NCBI GenBank assembly: GCA_046563655.1
Contig: JAJCTO010000009.1
Span: 124,001 to 188,000, forward strand
Direction: 5' to 3'
DNA length: 64,000 bases
Source: Yuukianura sp. NJ FZ-2021
Taxonomy: Eukaryota
Part shown: positions 1 to 13,300 of the stretch, one piece after another
Numbering within the stretch: position 1 is the stretch's first letter
How the letters are laid out: the number at the start of each line of letters is the position of its first letter
Position numbers and translations under genes: made by a program
Notes under the pieces: model-generated
Databases searched by the model: none
What the model was told of the DNA's origin: nothing
The model's input: the letters and a program-made list of their open reading frames with translations, nothing else

Positions 1-3000
1 GAAATTGCACGAATTACAAGCAATCGTACCATACACTTGAGAAAAAGAAGAGTAAACGGCGAGCTCATTGTTCCCTCAGCGGGGCAAGTGCTTCACCAGA
101 ACTATGTCGATGGCCTCATTCGTGATGATAATGCTTACAAGGTATTGGCTGGAATTCGCAATGCAGGGACGCACTGGAAAAACGAGGGCAACAAAGTTAG
201 AGCGATGATTCGTACATTTGGGATCGCTACACTTTTCGTGACCGTCAGTGCGGCAGAGCTAAAATGGAATGAGCTGATTGTGTTGCTGAAAAAAATTTTG
301 GATGGCGTCGACATTTCTGAAGAGGATGCACAGCAATTACCATCGTCTGAGAAGGCTATGTTAATACAGCGAGATCCAATAACATGTGCTCGTTATTTTG
401 ATCACCGTTACTCAGCTCTGAAAGCTACATACAAATCTCGTAACGGTCCTTTTGGCTCTCGTGAAATACGACACTTTTACGAGAGGGTGGAGTTTCAACA
501 CCGAGGAAGTCCGCATGTGCATGCTATGTATTGGCTCGCCGATGCTCCAGTTTACAATCCAGAGAACAAATCACAGGACGAAGTTACTGATTTCATTGAC
601 AGCATAATAACTTGTAATACAAGCTACCCTGACGATGATCCAATCACTGGACTACTATCTCTCCAAACTCATCGCCATACACACACTTGCTACAAACGAA
701 CACACAAGGGGATCAAATGTCGTTTTGGAATACCCTTCTTCCCGATGGATCGTACCCGCATCTTGTTGCCATTAAATGAAGCAGATGATCTAAAAGAACT
801 TCATGTAACATACAAAGCAGTTCGAGAATTCTTGGATAGTCGCATTACCGCCGAGAAGATGTCGTTTGAAGAATTTCTAGCAAGGATCAGTTGCGATCTT
901 ACTACGTATTTACGAGTTATTCAATCAAAGCTGAAGAAACCTCATGTGTACCTCAAGCGAAGTCCATGCGAGATATATATCAACGCATACAGTGAAAAAA
1001 TCCTCCGGCTTCAGCAATCCAATATGGACATCCAATTCATTCTTGATCCATACGCCTGCTGCAGCTACATCGTGGACTATATCAACAAGAGTAATCGCGG
1101 GCTTTCGGAACTGTTGCGGAACGTGGTAGAGGAAGTCAGGAAAGGTAATGCGCCCCTGAAAGACAGTCTACAAGCTATTGGAGCGGCTCATAACTTGAAC
1201 AGCGAACTTTCGGCCCAGGAAGCAGCTTACAATGTTTTGCAAATGCCAATGAGCTATGCTTCTGAAAAATGCGTTTTCATTCAAACTGGGCCTGCCAGCC
1301 ACAGGACAAGGATGCTGAAACCACTAGCGGATCTTTCACAAATGGACCCTGACGATCAAAATATTTTCTTTAACAGTCCAACTGATCACTATGCTCAGCG
1401 CCCTCTTGCTTTAGAGTCCCTGAATCTCGCGCAATTCTCGGCATGGTATGAGTATTCCAAGACTTTGAGACGACCAACAGTTGACCTTAACGAGGAAACT
1501 GCAACTGCCACATCTGAAGAAACTGGTACTGAGGTTTCCAAGCTGATTGATAACTCGGGTTACGTACGCAAGAGAAAATTCCCGAAGGCAATTCGCTTTG
1601 TCCGTTACAACAAGGAAAAGGATCCAGACAACTTCTTCAGAGAACTCTTGATGCTTTATAAACCCTGGAGAGACGAGGAGAAGGAATGTAGCGAAGATGT
1701 AGATTGTCAGAAGATTGTAGCCGAAAACTTAGAATTGATTGCCAAGAACAGACAAGAATTTAATTTTTTTGAAGACTCAATACTTGACTCTGCAATGGAG
1801 GAAGTCCTCGCAAGGCCACCGGAGAATGAGGTTGACTTGGATGAAAACCAGCCTTCGACCGATGAACTGCGCGAGTATCGTCTAGAAGATGCATCAGGCG
1901 CTAACGCAGTTGACTTTGCAAGCTACGAAAGGCGACCATTTGCAGAGAGTTTCAAGAATACACAGCTGACCTCGAATGATGAGTACTGGAATCTTTTGGC
2001 TACTCTAAACGACGAGCAACGAGATTTGGTGTATCATGCTTTTGATCAAGTAAAACGACATGACAGTACACCTTTCCAAATTTACTTGAAAGGAGGAGCC
2101 GGTGTCGGGAAGTCCCATTGCATCAAAACTCTTCATCAGGGCCTAATCCGAATTTTCAACTCTGATGTTCATCGTAATCCGGATAAAATTTCTGTACTTT
2201 TGGTGGCTCCAACTGGGAAAGCCGCGTTCCACATCGGAGGCTCCACACTACATACGGCATTTCAGCTACCAGTTAACCAACGTGAAGCTGGATCCCTGTC
2301 TGCAGATGTATCTAATACGATGGCTGCGACTTACTCAGAGCTAAAGGTTTCATTCTCTCACATGTGCTTCTTATTGTTAACTGATAGTAATTGAAATTAT
2401 TATTTCAGATCGTCATCTGCGATGAGATAAGCATGGTGGGCGAACACTTGCTGGAACAAGTTGACAAGCGTCTGAGGGACTTGTTCAATCCAACCTCACC
2501 TTTCGGAGGACTCTCCTTCATTGCTGTTGGTGACTTTTATCAGCTACCGCCTGTTCTAGCGGTTCCGTTGACGCATGGTTCGATGAGCAACTCCATCTCA
2601 TCGTTATTCCATCGGCCGCTCTGGCATCACTTTCTTGTTCATGAATTGACCATAATCATGCGACAAAATGAAGATATTGCGTTTGCTGTGGCACTAAACA
2701 ATATGGCTAGAGGAATTATGACTGAGGACGACAAGACGCTGATGCGGGGAAGGTGTTACGACACTCTACCATCCGAAGTGGCCGAGCTGAGACCTATACA
2801 CTTCTTTCACACGAATGCTGCAGTGACCGCGTTCAACGACATGTTCCTTCAGCAGATGCCGGGAGAACTGATCCTCAGCAGAGCTACCGATACTGTTCGT
2901 GGTGATGTCCCTCAGACGTCAAAAGTCCGTCTTCTGCAAAGGTTTCAGACGAAACCGTTGAACGAAACAATGGGCCTTCCTCTGCAACTTCAATTGAAAA

Positions 3001-4258
3001 TTAACGCCCGATACATGATGACAGCTAATGTGGATTGTTCGGATGGATTAGTGAATGGGGTGACAGGAATGCTACGACGAATTGACCTTGGTGTCGCGGT
3101 ACAAGATCCAAATGACCGCATTCCACTTCGACTATGGCTGGAGTTTGAAGATACTAGAAGTGGTCAACAATTGCGCCGCCGGTACGAGTCAATTGTAGAA
3201 AATTTGGGCATAGAAACGAGTTGGACTCCAGTAGAACTGCTTACACAAGAGATACACCAAAAAAATGCCAGCATCAAGATTACAAGAAAACAGTTTCCAC
3301 TTGTTCCTGCAGAAGCAATCACCATTCATAAGAGCCAAGGAATCACGTGTCAAGCGTAAGTTTATTGAACAGCAACTATATAAACTATACCTTAAACTTC
3401 AAATTCAAAATTTGCAGAGCTGTGCTACATCTCAACCATACCCATCATATATCACGCGCATTGATCTACGTTGGATGCTCCAGACCAACCAAAGCTAGTG
3501 GCCTTTACATCGTGGGGGATTTCCGAGCTCCTAAACCTATTACACCTACAAGCCCACTTGCTTTGGAAATGGCCCGCCATGAAACGATGAAGCTTTTACC
3601 AGTATTTCGATCACTCCGCCAGCGAGAAGACGGTTTAATTCAATTTCTGTACCACAACGTCCAATCACTTCCTAAGCACTCAGCTCTTTATTCGAATGAC
3701 GCAGCTTTCAAATTCTCCGACATTCTTCTATTTGTGGAGACCTGGACATTAGCGAACGACAAGTTTAAGATTGGTGACCACATCGAAGTATGTAGCGTTG
3801 ATTGCGAGCCTCCACGACGGCCCATGGGCGCAAGAATCTACTTACGACAGCATTTGGCACATCGCGTTCTGAGTACAACAACTAAATATGTTGAAGGTAG
3901 CAGTGGAAGTTGCAGCTGTGTTGGATTGAATTTTTCTGGAACAAACGTTATTGGAATCTACATTAGCCCCAGCTTTCGTTGGACTTCCTTTGTGTCAACA
4001 CTTTTATCTGCAATCACCTCTCTTGGTGGATCAAGGACTATTGTAGCCGGAGACTTCAACTGCAATTTCAAACTAACTGCTTCAGTTGAACTGAGATCGA
4101 TGCTTGATCTTGGGCTAGAACTACAATCTCCTGAACTTCCAACAACAAAATTCGGGACAAAAATCGACGCAGTTTTTGCTTCATTTCAATTGGATAAAAT
4201 TGGATTATACACCTCCGCAACATCAATCCACGAACCTATTTGGGGGAGGTTCTCTTAA
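1..4258 (+). CDS. Helentron Rep (HUH Y2) - PIF1 helicase - EEP/AP-endonuclease fusion, 5'-partial. Exons <1..2346, 2409..3355, 3418..4258 (about 1377 aa visible)
   Basis: Rep motifs EFQHRGSPHVH and YIVDYINK. SF1B helicase motifs GGAGVGKS, APTGKAA, CDEISMV, GDFYQLPPV, TIHKSQG, YVGCSR. EEP motifs HNVQSL, FVETW, AGDFN, TKIDAVF, SIHEPI. Two 62-nt GT..AG introns (2347-2408, 3356-3417) join the three track ORFs in frame (SELK|IVICDE; TCQA|AVL). The frame is open from base 1. Confidence 0.93.
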
Positions 4259-4597
4259 TATGTAATTCAGTAAACAGTCCGTTTTCTCATCTTCATTACA
4301 GTGAAACGAATCAAACAAATTATACAAGTTTAAATAGTAATGCAATTTATATATTCAATTTATACTTTCTACTACATATTCAAAACATTATACTGTAATA
4401 AAAGATTTGGTCAAACTTCAACACGTTTGCTAATGTAAACCTAATAAAAATTTTTAAGGAATCAACTTTTTCCGATTTAATACAGTAGGTAGTTTGTAGA
4501 AAAATTTATGTTCAAGTTTCACTTTTGTTGTATTTATTAGTTTTATTTGTTTTGTTTTTGTAAATTAATCACTTTGTATGAAAATAGATTAAGATTT

Positions 4598-5879
4598 TTA
4601 CTGTTGCAATAGTCGATTCAACGTATCTGCCTCCGCGGCTTCGAACCACTGTGACAATTGCTTGGCCATGCTGTGATCCCTTCCCACTAAGATCAAATCC
4701 CCGGGGTTGCATTCAATTGAGTTGACGCCGTTGTAACTTGAGATCTTCACCAGTTTGAACAGAATCAAATCAAATGGGATGATTTCCTCCATTTCTACCA
4801 AGTGGTTCCACAACTTGGCATTGAATTTTCCCGTCTTGTCCACCAGAGTGATTTGTCGAAGCTTGCATGTAGGAAACTCACGAATCTCACCGACATCTAT
4901 TACGAGTCCAGCCATATCGACAAATTGGCCATCGGACATCAACTTGAGATCTTCTGAGTCGATCGGAGTGAGTTTGACTTCATGACTCGGCCCTTTGGGC
5001 TCTGTAATGGAGGTGGCGTCAGTGCTGCTTGCATCAAATGATGCACTTGTCCATTTGTTTCGATTATCCTTTGGCCGAAGAAGAAAGCCTTCTACTCGAA
5101 CAAAAGAGTTGACCTGAAACAGGTTATTTGATAACTTTTAATATATTTTAAAATAATGGTGATAGAAATAATACGTTAGGTATTATTTCAGGTACATACC
5201 TGAAGCAGGGACTCCCATTGTGGTTTCATTACTCCGAATAACGTGAACTGGATCTCCCCGGACTCGTCACCAAAAACAAAATGCTGCAGTTGGCCTCCGT
5301 TCCCGTACGCCATTGGTCGTGCAACCTTCAACACGAGGACTTCGATTACACGAGATGTAACTGGAAGGTTAGGATGCAGCTGCTTCACAGCGATCACGGG
5401 AAGTTCAGCTGGGTCCTCGTTTGATTTCACTTGAGCTTTTTCAATCTGGCTTTTCCACTGCTGAAACGGCGATATGCAACTTTGAGTACCGCTAGAACCA
5501 GGCATGGGTTCACTCAGAGTTGATTCACATCGATTTGCTTAATAAATAAAGAATTATTAGTCGCAGCACTATAAACGCCACATGTATGTTACGTTTTCAA
5601 AGTACTTGTAGCAATTACCTGAGGGTTGGACAGCATGTTCCGGAATTGGTGCAATGAAAGCGCCGCTATCACTCACATCACTGGCATTTTGAGCATGATC
5701 AATAGTAGCGTCACACTTTTCGTTTTCTATTAAATAAATGAACGATTTTCAAAAAATGTATATTTACGATGTTGAAAATTTGTTAAATTTTAAGAATTAC
5801 CATCTGTGTCTTGCAGTTTCAGAACCTTCGGAGCAGGTTCGCCTTTGGTATTAGAGCACCCCTTCTTCTTAGGTGGCAT
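4598..5879 (-). CDS. RPA70-like two-OB-fold ssDNA-binding protein carried by the Helentron. Exons 5879-5801, 5726-5619, 5537-5200, 5113-4598 (about 346 aa)
   Basis: OB-fold-like segments FVFGDESGEIQFTLF and VDMAGLVIDVGE...RQITLVDKTG...AKLW...VKISSYNG resemble RPA1 DBD-A/B. Three GT-AG introns keep one frame from MPPKKK to the stop. Confidence 0.8.
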
Positions 5880-6487
5880 ATTGTCCCTTTACGAGTAGAT
5901 ACTTGACAATGATGTTGAAAAGTTACTAAGATTTAATGTTGGTCACTTTGATAAATTCAAATCTGAACGAACTTCAACGACTAAATCGGCTGCAAAATGG
6001 TTTTTGTTAACAAATTCGAAACGTACTTTGGGACTAATTCTTATAAACATTAAAAAATAAACATCAGATTTGTTGTTGTGACGATTTGTTTACTTCATTG
6101 TTGTATAGTTAATTTTCAGTAATTAAACAATGTATTTTATATAACTCGAATAGTTAGAATTTGAAGAATGTCGCCAGACAGTTTTCTAGATTGATTCGTG
6201 ACATTTTTTAAATTCCTTTTACATGAAAAGTATGTTTTTCTCAAAAAAAGTTATCAATTTTTGAAATGTTGGAAACTACATTTTTCACGTTTTCCAACTT
6301 TTTCAGGTTTCCCTGACAACATATATGACAGTGTTTCGTATTGTTTATTACTATTTAAAACTACTCTACTCGTGAAACAAATTTCTGCCATGATGTCATT
6401 CAAATTTCAAAAATTAGAGTTTTTCGAATTTCAAAAGTTGGTTTACGTTTTGACAAATTGTAGACGATTAACCACAATATTTTTACA

Positions 6488-7150
6488 ATGTCGCGTCTGA
6501 TTTATTTCGACGGCATACACAGCGACGAATTTCAGAAAATTGTCGCTGACTTAAAGCATGAAAACAAGAATAATTTTCATTTTGTACGGGAAGGTGACAT
6601 CGCTGTAGAAATCGAAGGGAAGCAAGTCGGAGTTTGCAAATCGTTGAAGCAACTCTACAGCATTAAGATTACAAGCTTTCCATCCTTGACATTGACAGAG
6701 AAAAAAAAAATTCCTCTTCCAATTGTGTTTTACACACACGGTGATGTTCCCATGCACTTGTTCGACCATGTATCTCTGCTCTCCCTGGATCTCGACAAAG
6801 GCTTGGCGACGTACTACTGTCAAAATCATAAGTCAATTTTTGAAAAAGCGGCAAAGACAAATGTGATGATCAGAATTCGCGAGTGTTTTCCAGGAATCAA
6901 GATACGCTTTCGAAAACACAAATTTGTGAATGTCATGAAGCCATGTTATCCGGATTCTTGTTCGTTATTGGCTCTGTGGTTCCTGTTTAAGATTGTACAA
7001 AGTGACGGGAAAAAAATAGAAGATCTAAAACTCCCAACTTTTATGCAACTACATTCTTTCCGAAAGAAGTTGAAGCTCAAACAGAATCAGCATCAGAAAA
7101 CGCAACCGAAGAAAAAATTGAAGCGACTGACAACGACGTCCGAAACTTGA
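6488..7150 (+). CDS. Putative clan-CE (Ulp1/C48-like) cysteine protease, 220 aa
   Basis: His motif DHVSLL..DL and Cys motif YPDSCSLLALWF in the order and spacing of clan CE proteases. The same motifs are conserved in the diverged paralog at 61516. Basic C-terminal tail. Confidence 0.55.
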   Translation: MSRLIYFDGIHSDEFQKIVADLKHENKNNFHFVREGDIAVEIEGKQVGVCKSLKQLYSIKITSFPSLTLTEKKKIPLPIVFYTHGDVPMHLFDHVSLLSLDLDKGLATYYCQNHKSIFEKAAKTNVMIRIRECFPGIKIRFRKHKFVNVMKPCYPDSCSLLALWFLFKIVQSDGKKIEDLKLPTFMQLHSFRKKLKLKQNQHQKTQPKKKLKRLTTTSET

Positions 7151-7313
7151 ATCCAATCTATATGCAGTAATTATGTTCGAAAAATTTACAAATAACTCAG
7201 TCCTTCAATGTATTGTAACGTTTCTCTTGTATTGTAAACTTTGTAGCGTTAGATTAGAAATAAAAGATTCAATTCGCTTTTCCAAGCTTTTTCGACAACG
7301 CCATTTTTTGTAA

Positions 7314-7378
7314 GTCGTATTAATTGTCAACTACCTCCAGAAGACCAATGCTCAACCCTTGAGCATTGCCCTACCTTG
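7314..7378 (+). other. Helentron 3' terminus with 10-bp stem hairpin (7346-7368)
   Basis: CAATGCTCAA CCC TTGAGCATTG then CCCTACCTTG|TT. The same block recurs inverted at 55290-55354 and direct at about 62719-62783. Confidence 0.85.
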
Positions 7379-10300
7379 TTTGATTTAGAAAATGTAAGGG
7401 TCGGTTTTTCCCAGAAGTTCCATCGACGTGTGAGTTATCATGATTTATGATGTCAAAGTGAAAACTCATGGGTTGCATCTGAAGTGAAGGCATGCTTGAC
7501 ACTTTACCGGCACTTCTAGTTTAAGCTCAAGGATGGACGCTGACAACATGTTTTTCAACGTGTGATTTAGTCAGTTATGCATTACGACGAAGTGGACCGT
7601 TATTTGATGAATACCAAGAATTTTGGTATGAGCGGTAACAAGGCATAAATTCCATTTTTCACAGCGTTTGACACCTTGTTGTATAGTTTCAACCCTAAGT
7701 TAAACCTAAATCGTAGTTAGACTTATGCACATGTGGTATGGTGGAGCTGTGCTAAAATACAATTTCGGACTATTGTTGGGCAGAAGTTTTCAGACATGAT
7801 CTATTTAATGTGCAAGTTGGTAGGAAATATAAAAAAGTATTTTCCAAAAATTGTATCCAGAAATGGCCAAAAATGCTGAATGTTCATTTTTGATTTAGAA
7901 AATGTAAGGGTCGGTTTTTCCCAGAAGTTCCAACGACGTGTGAGTTATCATGATTTATGATGTCAAAGTGAAAACTCATGGGTTGCATCTGAAGTGAAGG
8001 CATGCTTGACACTTTACCGGCACTTCTAGTTTAAGCTCAAGGATGGACGCTGGCAACATGTTTTTCAACGTGTGATTTAGTCAGTTATGCATTACGACGA
8101 AGTGGACCGTTATTTGATGAATACCAAGAATTTTGGTATGAGCGGTAACAAGGCATAAATTCCATTTTTCACAGCGTTTGACACCTTGTTGTATAGTTTC
8201 AACCCTAAGTTAAACCTAAATCGTAGTTAGACTTATGCACATGTGGTATGGTGGAGCTGTGCTAAAATACAATTTCGGACTATTGTTGGGCAGAAGTTTT
8301 CAGACATGATCTATTTAATGTGCAAGTCGGTAGAAAATATTAAAAAGTATTTTCCAAAAATTTTATCCAAAAATGGCCAAAAATGCTGAATGTTCAATTT
8401 TGATTTAGAAAATGTAATAGTCGGTTTTTCCCTGAAGTTCGATTGAAGTGTGAGTTGTCATGATTCATGGTGTCAAAATGAGAACTCATCGTTTGCAGCT
8501 AAAGTGAAGGCATGCTTGACACTTTACCGGCACTTCTAGTTTGAGCTCAAGGATGGACGCTGACAACATGTTTTTCAACGTGTGATTTAGTCAGTTATGC
8601 AGTACGACGAAGTGGACCGTTATTTGATGAATACCAAGAATTTTGGTATGAGCGGTAACAAGGCATAAATTCCATTTTTCACAACGTTTAACACCTTGTT
8701 GTATAGTTTCAACCCTAAGTTAAACCTAAATCGTAGTTAGACTTATGCACTTGTGGTATGGTGGAGCTGTGCTAAAATACAATTTCGGACTATTGTTGGG
8801 CAGAAGTTTTCAGACATGATCTATTTAATGTGCAAGGCGGTAGAAAATATTAAAAATATTTTCCAAAAATTTTATCCAAAAATGGCCAAAAATGCTGAAT
8901 GTTCAATTTTGATTTAGAAAATGTAATAGTCGGTTTTTCCCTGAAGTTCGATTGAAGTGTGAGTTGTCATGATTCATGGTGTCAAAATGAGAACTCATCG
9001 TTTGCAGCTAAAGTGAAGGCATGCTTGACACTTTACCGGCACTTCTAGTTTAAGCTCAAGGATGGACGCTGACAACATGTTTTTCAACGTGTGATTTAGT
9101 CAGTTATGCTTTACGACGAAGTGGACCGTTATTTGATGAATACCAAGAATTTTGGTATGAGCGGTAACAAGGCATAAGTTCCATTTTTCACAACGTTTGA
9201 CACCTTGTTGTATAGTTTCAACCCTAAGTTAAACCTAAATCGCAGTTAGACTTATGCACTTGTGGTATGGTGGAGCTGGGCTAAAATACAATTTCGGACT
9301 ATTGTTGGGCAGAAGTTTTCAGACATGATCTATTTAATGTGCAAGTTGGTAGGAAATATAAAAAAGTATTTTCCAAAAATTGTATCCAGAAATGGCCAAA
9401 AATGCTGAATGTTCATTTTTGATTTAGAAAATGTAAGAGTCGGTTTTTCCCAGAAGTTCCATCGACGTGTGAGTTATCATGATTTATGATGTCAAAGTGA
9501 AAACTCATGGGTTGCATCTGAAGTGAAGGCATGCTTGACACTTTACCGGCACTTCTAGTTTAAGCTCAAGGATGGACGCTGACAACATGTTTTTCAACGT
9601 GTGATTTAGTCAGTTATGCATTACGACGAAGTGGACCGTTATTTGATGAATACCAAGAATTTTGGTATGAGCGGTAACAAGGCATAAATTCCATTTTTCA
9701 CAGCGTTTGACACCTTGTTGTATAGTTTCAACCCTAAGTTAAGCCTAAATCGTAGTTAGACTTTTGCACTTGTGGTATGGTGGAGCTGGGCTAAAATACA
9801 ATTTCGGACTATTGTTGGGCAGAAGTTTTCAGACATGATCTATTTAATGTGCAAGTCGGTAGAAAATATTAAAAAGTATTTTCCAAAAATTTTATCCAAA
9901 AATGGCCAAAAATGCTGAATGTTCATTTTTGATTTAGAAAATGTAAGGGTCGGTTTTTCCCAGAAGTTCCATCGACGTGTGAGTTATCATGATTTATGAT
10001 GTCAAAGTGAAAACTCATGGGTTGCATCTGAAGTGAAGGCATGCTTGACACTTTACCGGCACTTCTAGTTTAAGCTCAAGGATGGACGCTGACAACATGT
10101 TTTTCAACGTGTGATTTAGTCAGTTATGCATTACGACGAAGTGGACCGTTATTTGATGAATACCAAGAATTTTGGTATGAGCGGTAACAAGGCATAAATT
10201 CCATTTTTCACAGCGTTTGACACCTTGTTGTATAGTTTCAACCCTAAGTTAAGCCTAAATCGTAGTTAGACTTTTGCACTTGTGGTATGGTGGAGCTGGG

Positions 10301-13300
10301 CTAAAATACAATTTCGGACTATTGTTGGGCAGAAGTTTTCAGACATGATCTATTTAATGTGCAAGTCGGTAGAAAATATTAAAAAGTATTTTCCAAAAAT
10401 TTTATCCAAAAATGGCCAAAAATGCTGAATGTTCAATTTTGATTTAGAAAATGTAATAGTCGGTTTTTCCCTGAAGTTCGATTGAAGTGTGAGTTGTCAT
10501 GATTCATGGTGTCAAAATGAGAACTCATCGTTTGCAGCTAAAGTGAAGGCATGCTTGACACTTTACCGGCACTTCTAGTTTGAGCTCAAGGATGGACGCT
10601 GACAACATGTTTTTCAACGTGTGATTTAGTCAGTTATGCAGTACGACGAAGTGGACCGTTATTTGATGAATACCAAGAATTTTGGTATGAGCGGTAACAA
10701 GGCATAAATTCCATTTTTCACAACGTTTAACACCTTGTTGTATAGTTTCAACCCTAAGTTAAACCTAAATCGTAGTTAGACTTATGCACATGTGGTATGG
10801 TGGAGCTGTGCTAAAATACAATTTCGGACTATTGTTGGGCAGAAGTTTTCAGACATGATCTATTTAATGTGCAAGGCGGTAGAAAATATTAAAAAGTATT
10901 TTCCAAAAATTTTATCCAAAAATGGCCAAAAATGCTGAATGTTCAATTTTGATTTAGAAAATGTAAGGGTCGGTTTTTCCCAGAAGTTCCATCGACGTGT
11001 GAGTTATCATGATTTATGATGTCAAAGTGAAAACTCATGGGTTGCATCTGAAGTGAAGGCATGCTTGACACTTTACCGGCACTTCTAGTTTAAGCTCAAG
11101 GATGGACGCTGACAACATGTTTTTCAACGTGTGATTTAGTCAGTTATGCAGTACGACGAAGTGGACCGTTATTTGATGAATACCAAGAATTTTGGTATGA
11201 GCGGTAACAAGGCATAAATTCCATTTTTCACAGCGTTTGACACCTTGTTGTATAGTTTCAACCCTAAGTTAAACCTAAATCGTAGTTAGACTTATGCACA
11301 TGTGGTATGGTGGAGCTGTGCTAAAATACAATTTCGGACTATTGTTGGGCAGAAGTTTTCAGACATGATCTATTTAATGTGCAAGTTGGTAGGAAATATA
11401 AAAAAGTATTTTCCAAAAATTGTATCCAGAAATGGCCAAAAATGCTGAATGTTCATTTTTGATTTAGAAAATGTAAGGGTCGGTTTTTCCCAGAAGTTCC
11501 ATCGACGTGTGAGTTATCATGATTTATGATGTCAAAGTGAAAACTCATGGGTTGCATCTGAAGTGAAGGCATGCTTGACACTTTACCGGCACTTCTAGTT
11601 TAAGCTCAAGGATGGACGCTGACAACATGTTTTTCAACGTGTGATTTAGTCAGTTATGCATTACGACGAAGTGGACCGTTATTTGATGAATACCAAGAAT
11701 TTTGGTATGAGCGGTAACAAGGCATAAATTCCATTTTTCACAGCGTTTGACACCTTGTTGTATAGTTTCAACCCTAAGTTAAACCTAAATCGTAGTTAGA
11801 CTTTTGCACTTGTGGTATGGTGGAGCTGGGCTAAAATACAATTTCGGACTATTGTTGGGCAGAAGTTTTCAGACATGATCTATTTAATGTGCAAGTCGGT
11901 AGAAAATATTAAAAAGTATTTTCCAAAAATTTTATCCAAAAATGGCCAAAAATGCTGAATGTTCAATTTTGATTTAGAAAATGTAATAGTCGGTTTTTCC
12001 CTGAAGTTCGATTGAAGTGTGAGTTGTCATGATTCATGGTGTCAAAATGAGAACTCATCGTTTGCAGCTAAAGTGAAGGCATGCTTGACACTTTACCGGC
12101 ACTTCTAGTTTGAGCTCAAGGATGGACGCTGACAACATGTTTTTCAACGTGTGATTTAGTCAGTTATGCAGTACGACGAAGTGGACCGTTATTTGATGAA
12201 TACCAAGAATTTTGGTATGAGCGGTAACAAGGCATAAATTCCATTTTTCACAACGTTTAACACCTTGTTGTATAGTTTCAACCCTAAGTTAAACCTAAAT
12301 CGTAGTTAGACTTATGCACTTGTGGTATGGTGGAGCTGTGCTAAAATACAATTTCGGACTATTGTTGGGCAGAAGTTTTCAGACATGATCTATTTAATGT
12401 GCAAGGCGGTAGAAAATATTAAAAATATTTTCCAAAAATTTTATCCTAAAATGGCCAAAAATGCTGAATGTTCAATTTTGATTTAGAAAATGTAATAGTC
12501 GGTTTTTCCCTGAAGTTCGATTGAAGTGTGAGTTGTCATGATTCATGGTGTCAAAATGAGAACTCATCGTTTGCAGCTAAAGTGAAGGCATGCTTGACAC
12601 TTTACCGGCACTTCTAGTTTAAGCTCAAGGATGGACGCTGACAACATGTTTTTCAACGTGTGATTTAGTCAGTTATGCATTACGACGAAGTGGACCGTTA
12701 TTTGATGAATACCAAGAATTTTGGTATGAGCGGTAACAAGGCATAAGTTCCATTTTTCACAAAGTTTGACACCTTGTTGTATAGTTTCAACCCTAAGTTA
12801 AACCTAAATCGTAGTTAGACTTATGCACTTGTGGTATGGTGGAGCTGGGCTAAAATACAATTTCGGACTATTGTTGGGCAGAAGTTTTCAGACATGATCT
12901 ATTTAATGTGCAAGTTGGTAGGAAATATAAAAAAGTATTTTCCAAAAATTGTATCCAGAAATGGCCAAAAATGCTGAATGTTCATTTTTGATTTAGAAAA
13001 TGTAAGGGTCGGTTTTTCCCAGAAGTTCCATCGACGTGTGAGTTATCATGATTTATGATGTCAAAGTGAAAACTCATGGGTTGCATCTGAAGTGAAGGCA
13101 TGCTTGACACTTTACCGGCACTTCTAGTTTAAGCTCAAGGATGGACGCTGACAACATGTTTTTCAACGTGTGATTTAGTCAGTTATGCATTACGACGAAG
13201 TGGACCGTTATTTGATGAATACCAAGAATTTTGGTATGAGCGGTAACAAGGCATAAATTCCATTTTTCACAGCGTTTGACACCTTGTTGTATAGTTTCAA

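Larger units (their letters stand above)
1..7378 (+). mobile_element. Helentron (endonuclease-encoding Helitron), 3' portion; 5' end lies outside the window
   Basis: Contains a RepHel-endonuclease gene, an RPA-like gene and a protease-like gene. It ends in a perfect hairpin CAATGCTCAA-CCC-TTGAGCATTG followed by CCCTACCTTG|TT, the DINE-1/Helentron type of 3' end. Confidence 0.9.

Noticed and set aside
6198..6500. 100-aa ORF upstream of the protease
   Set aside because: AT-rich intergenic frame with a non-ATG start, not conserved in the second copy.
7379..7890. 510-mer as a tetramer of the 128-mer (4x128=512), or as a telomeric repeat (AACCCTAA/AACCTAA)
   Set aside because: Only short shared words (AAGTGAAAA, TGC.TCTGAA). 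No 128-bp internal periodicity by eye. The telomere-like words are isolated.
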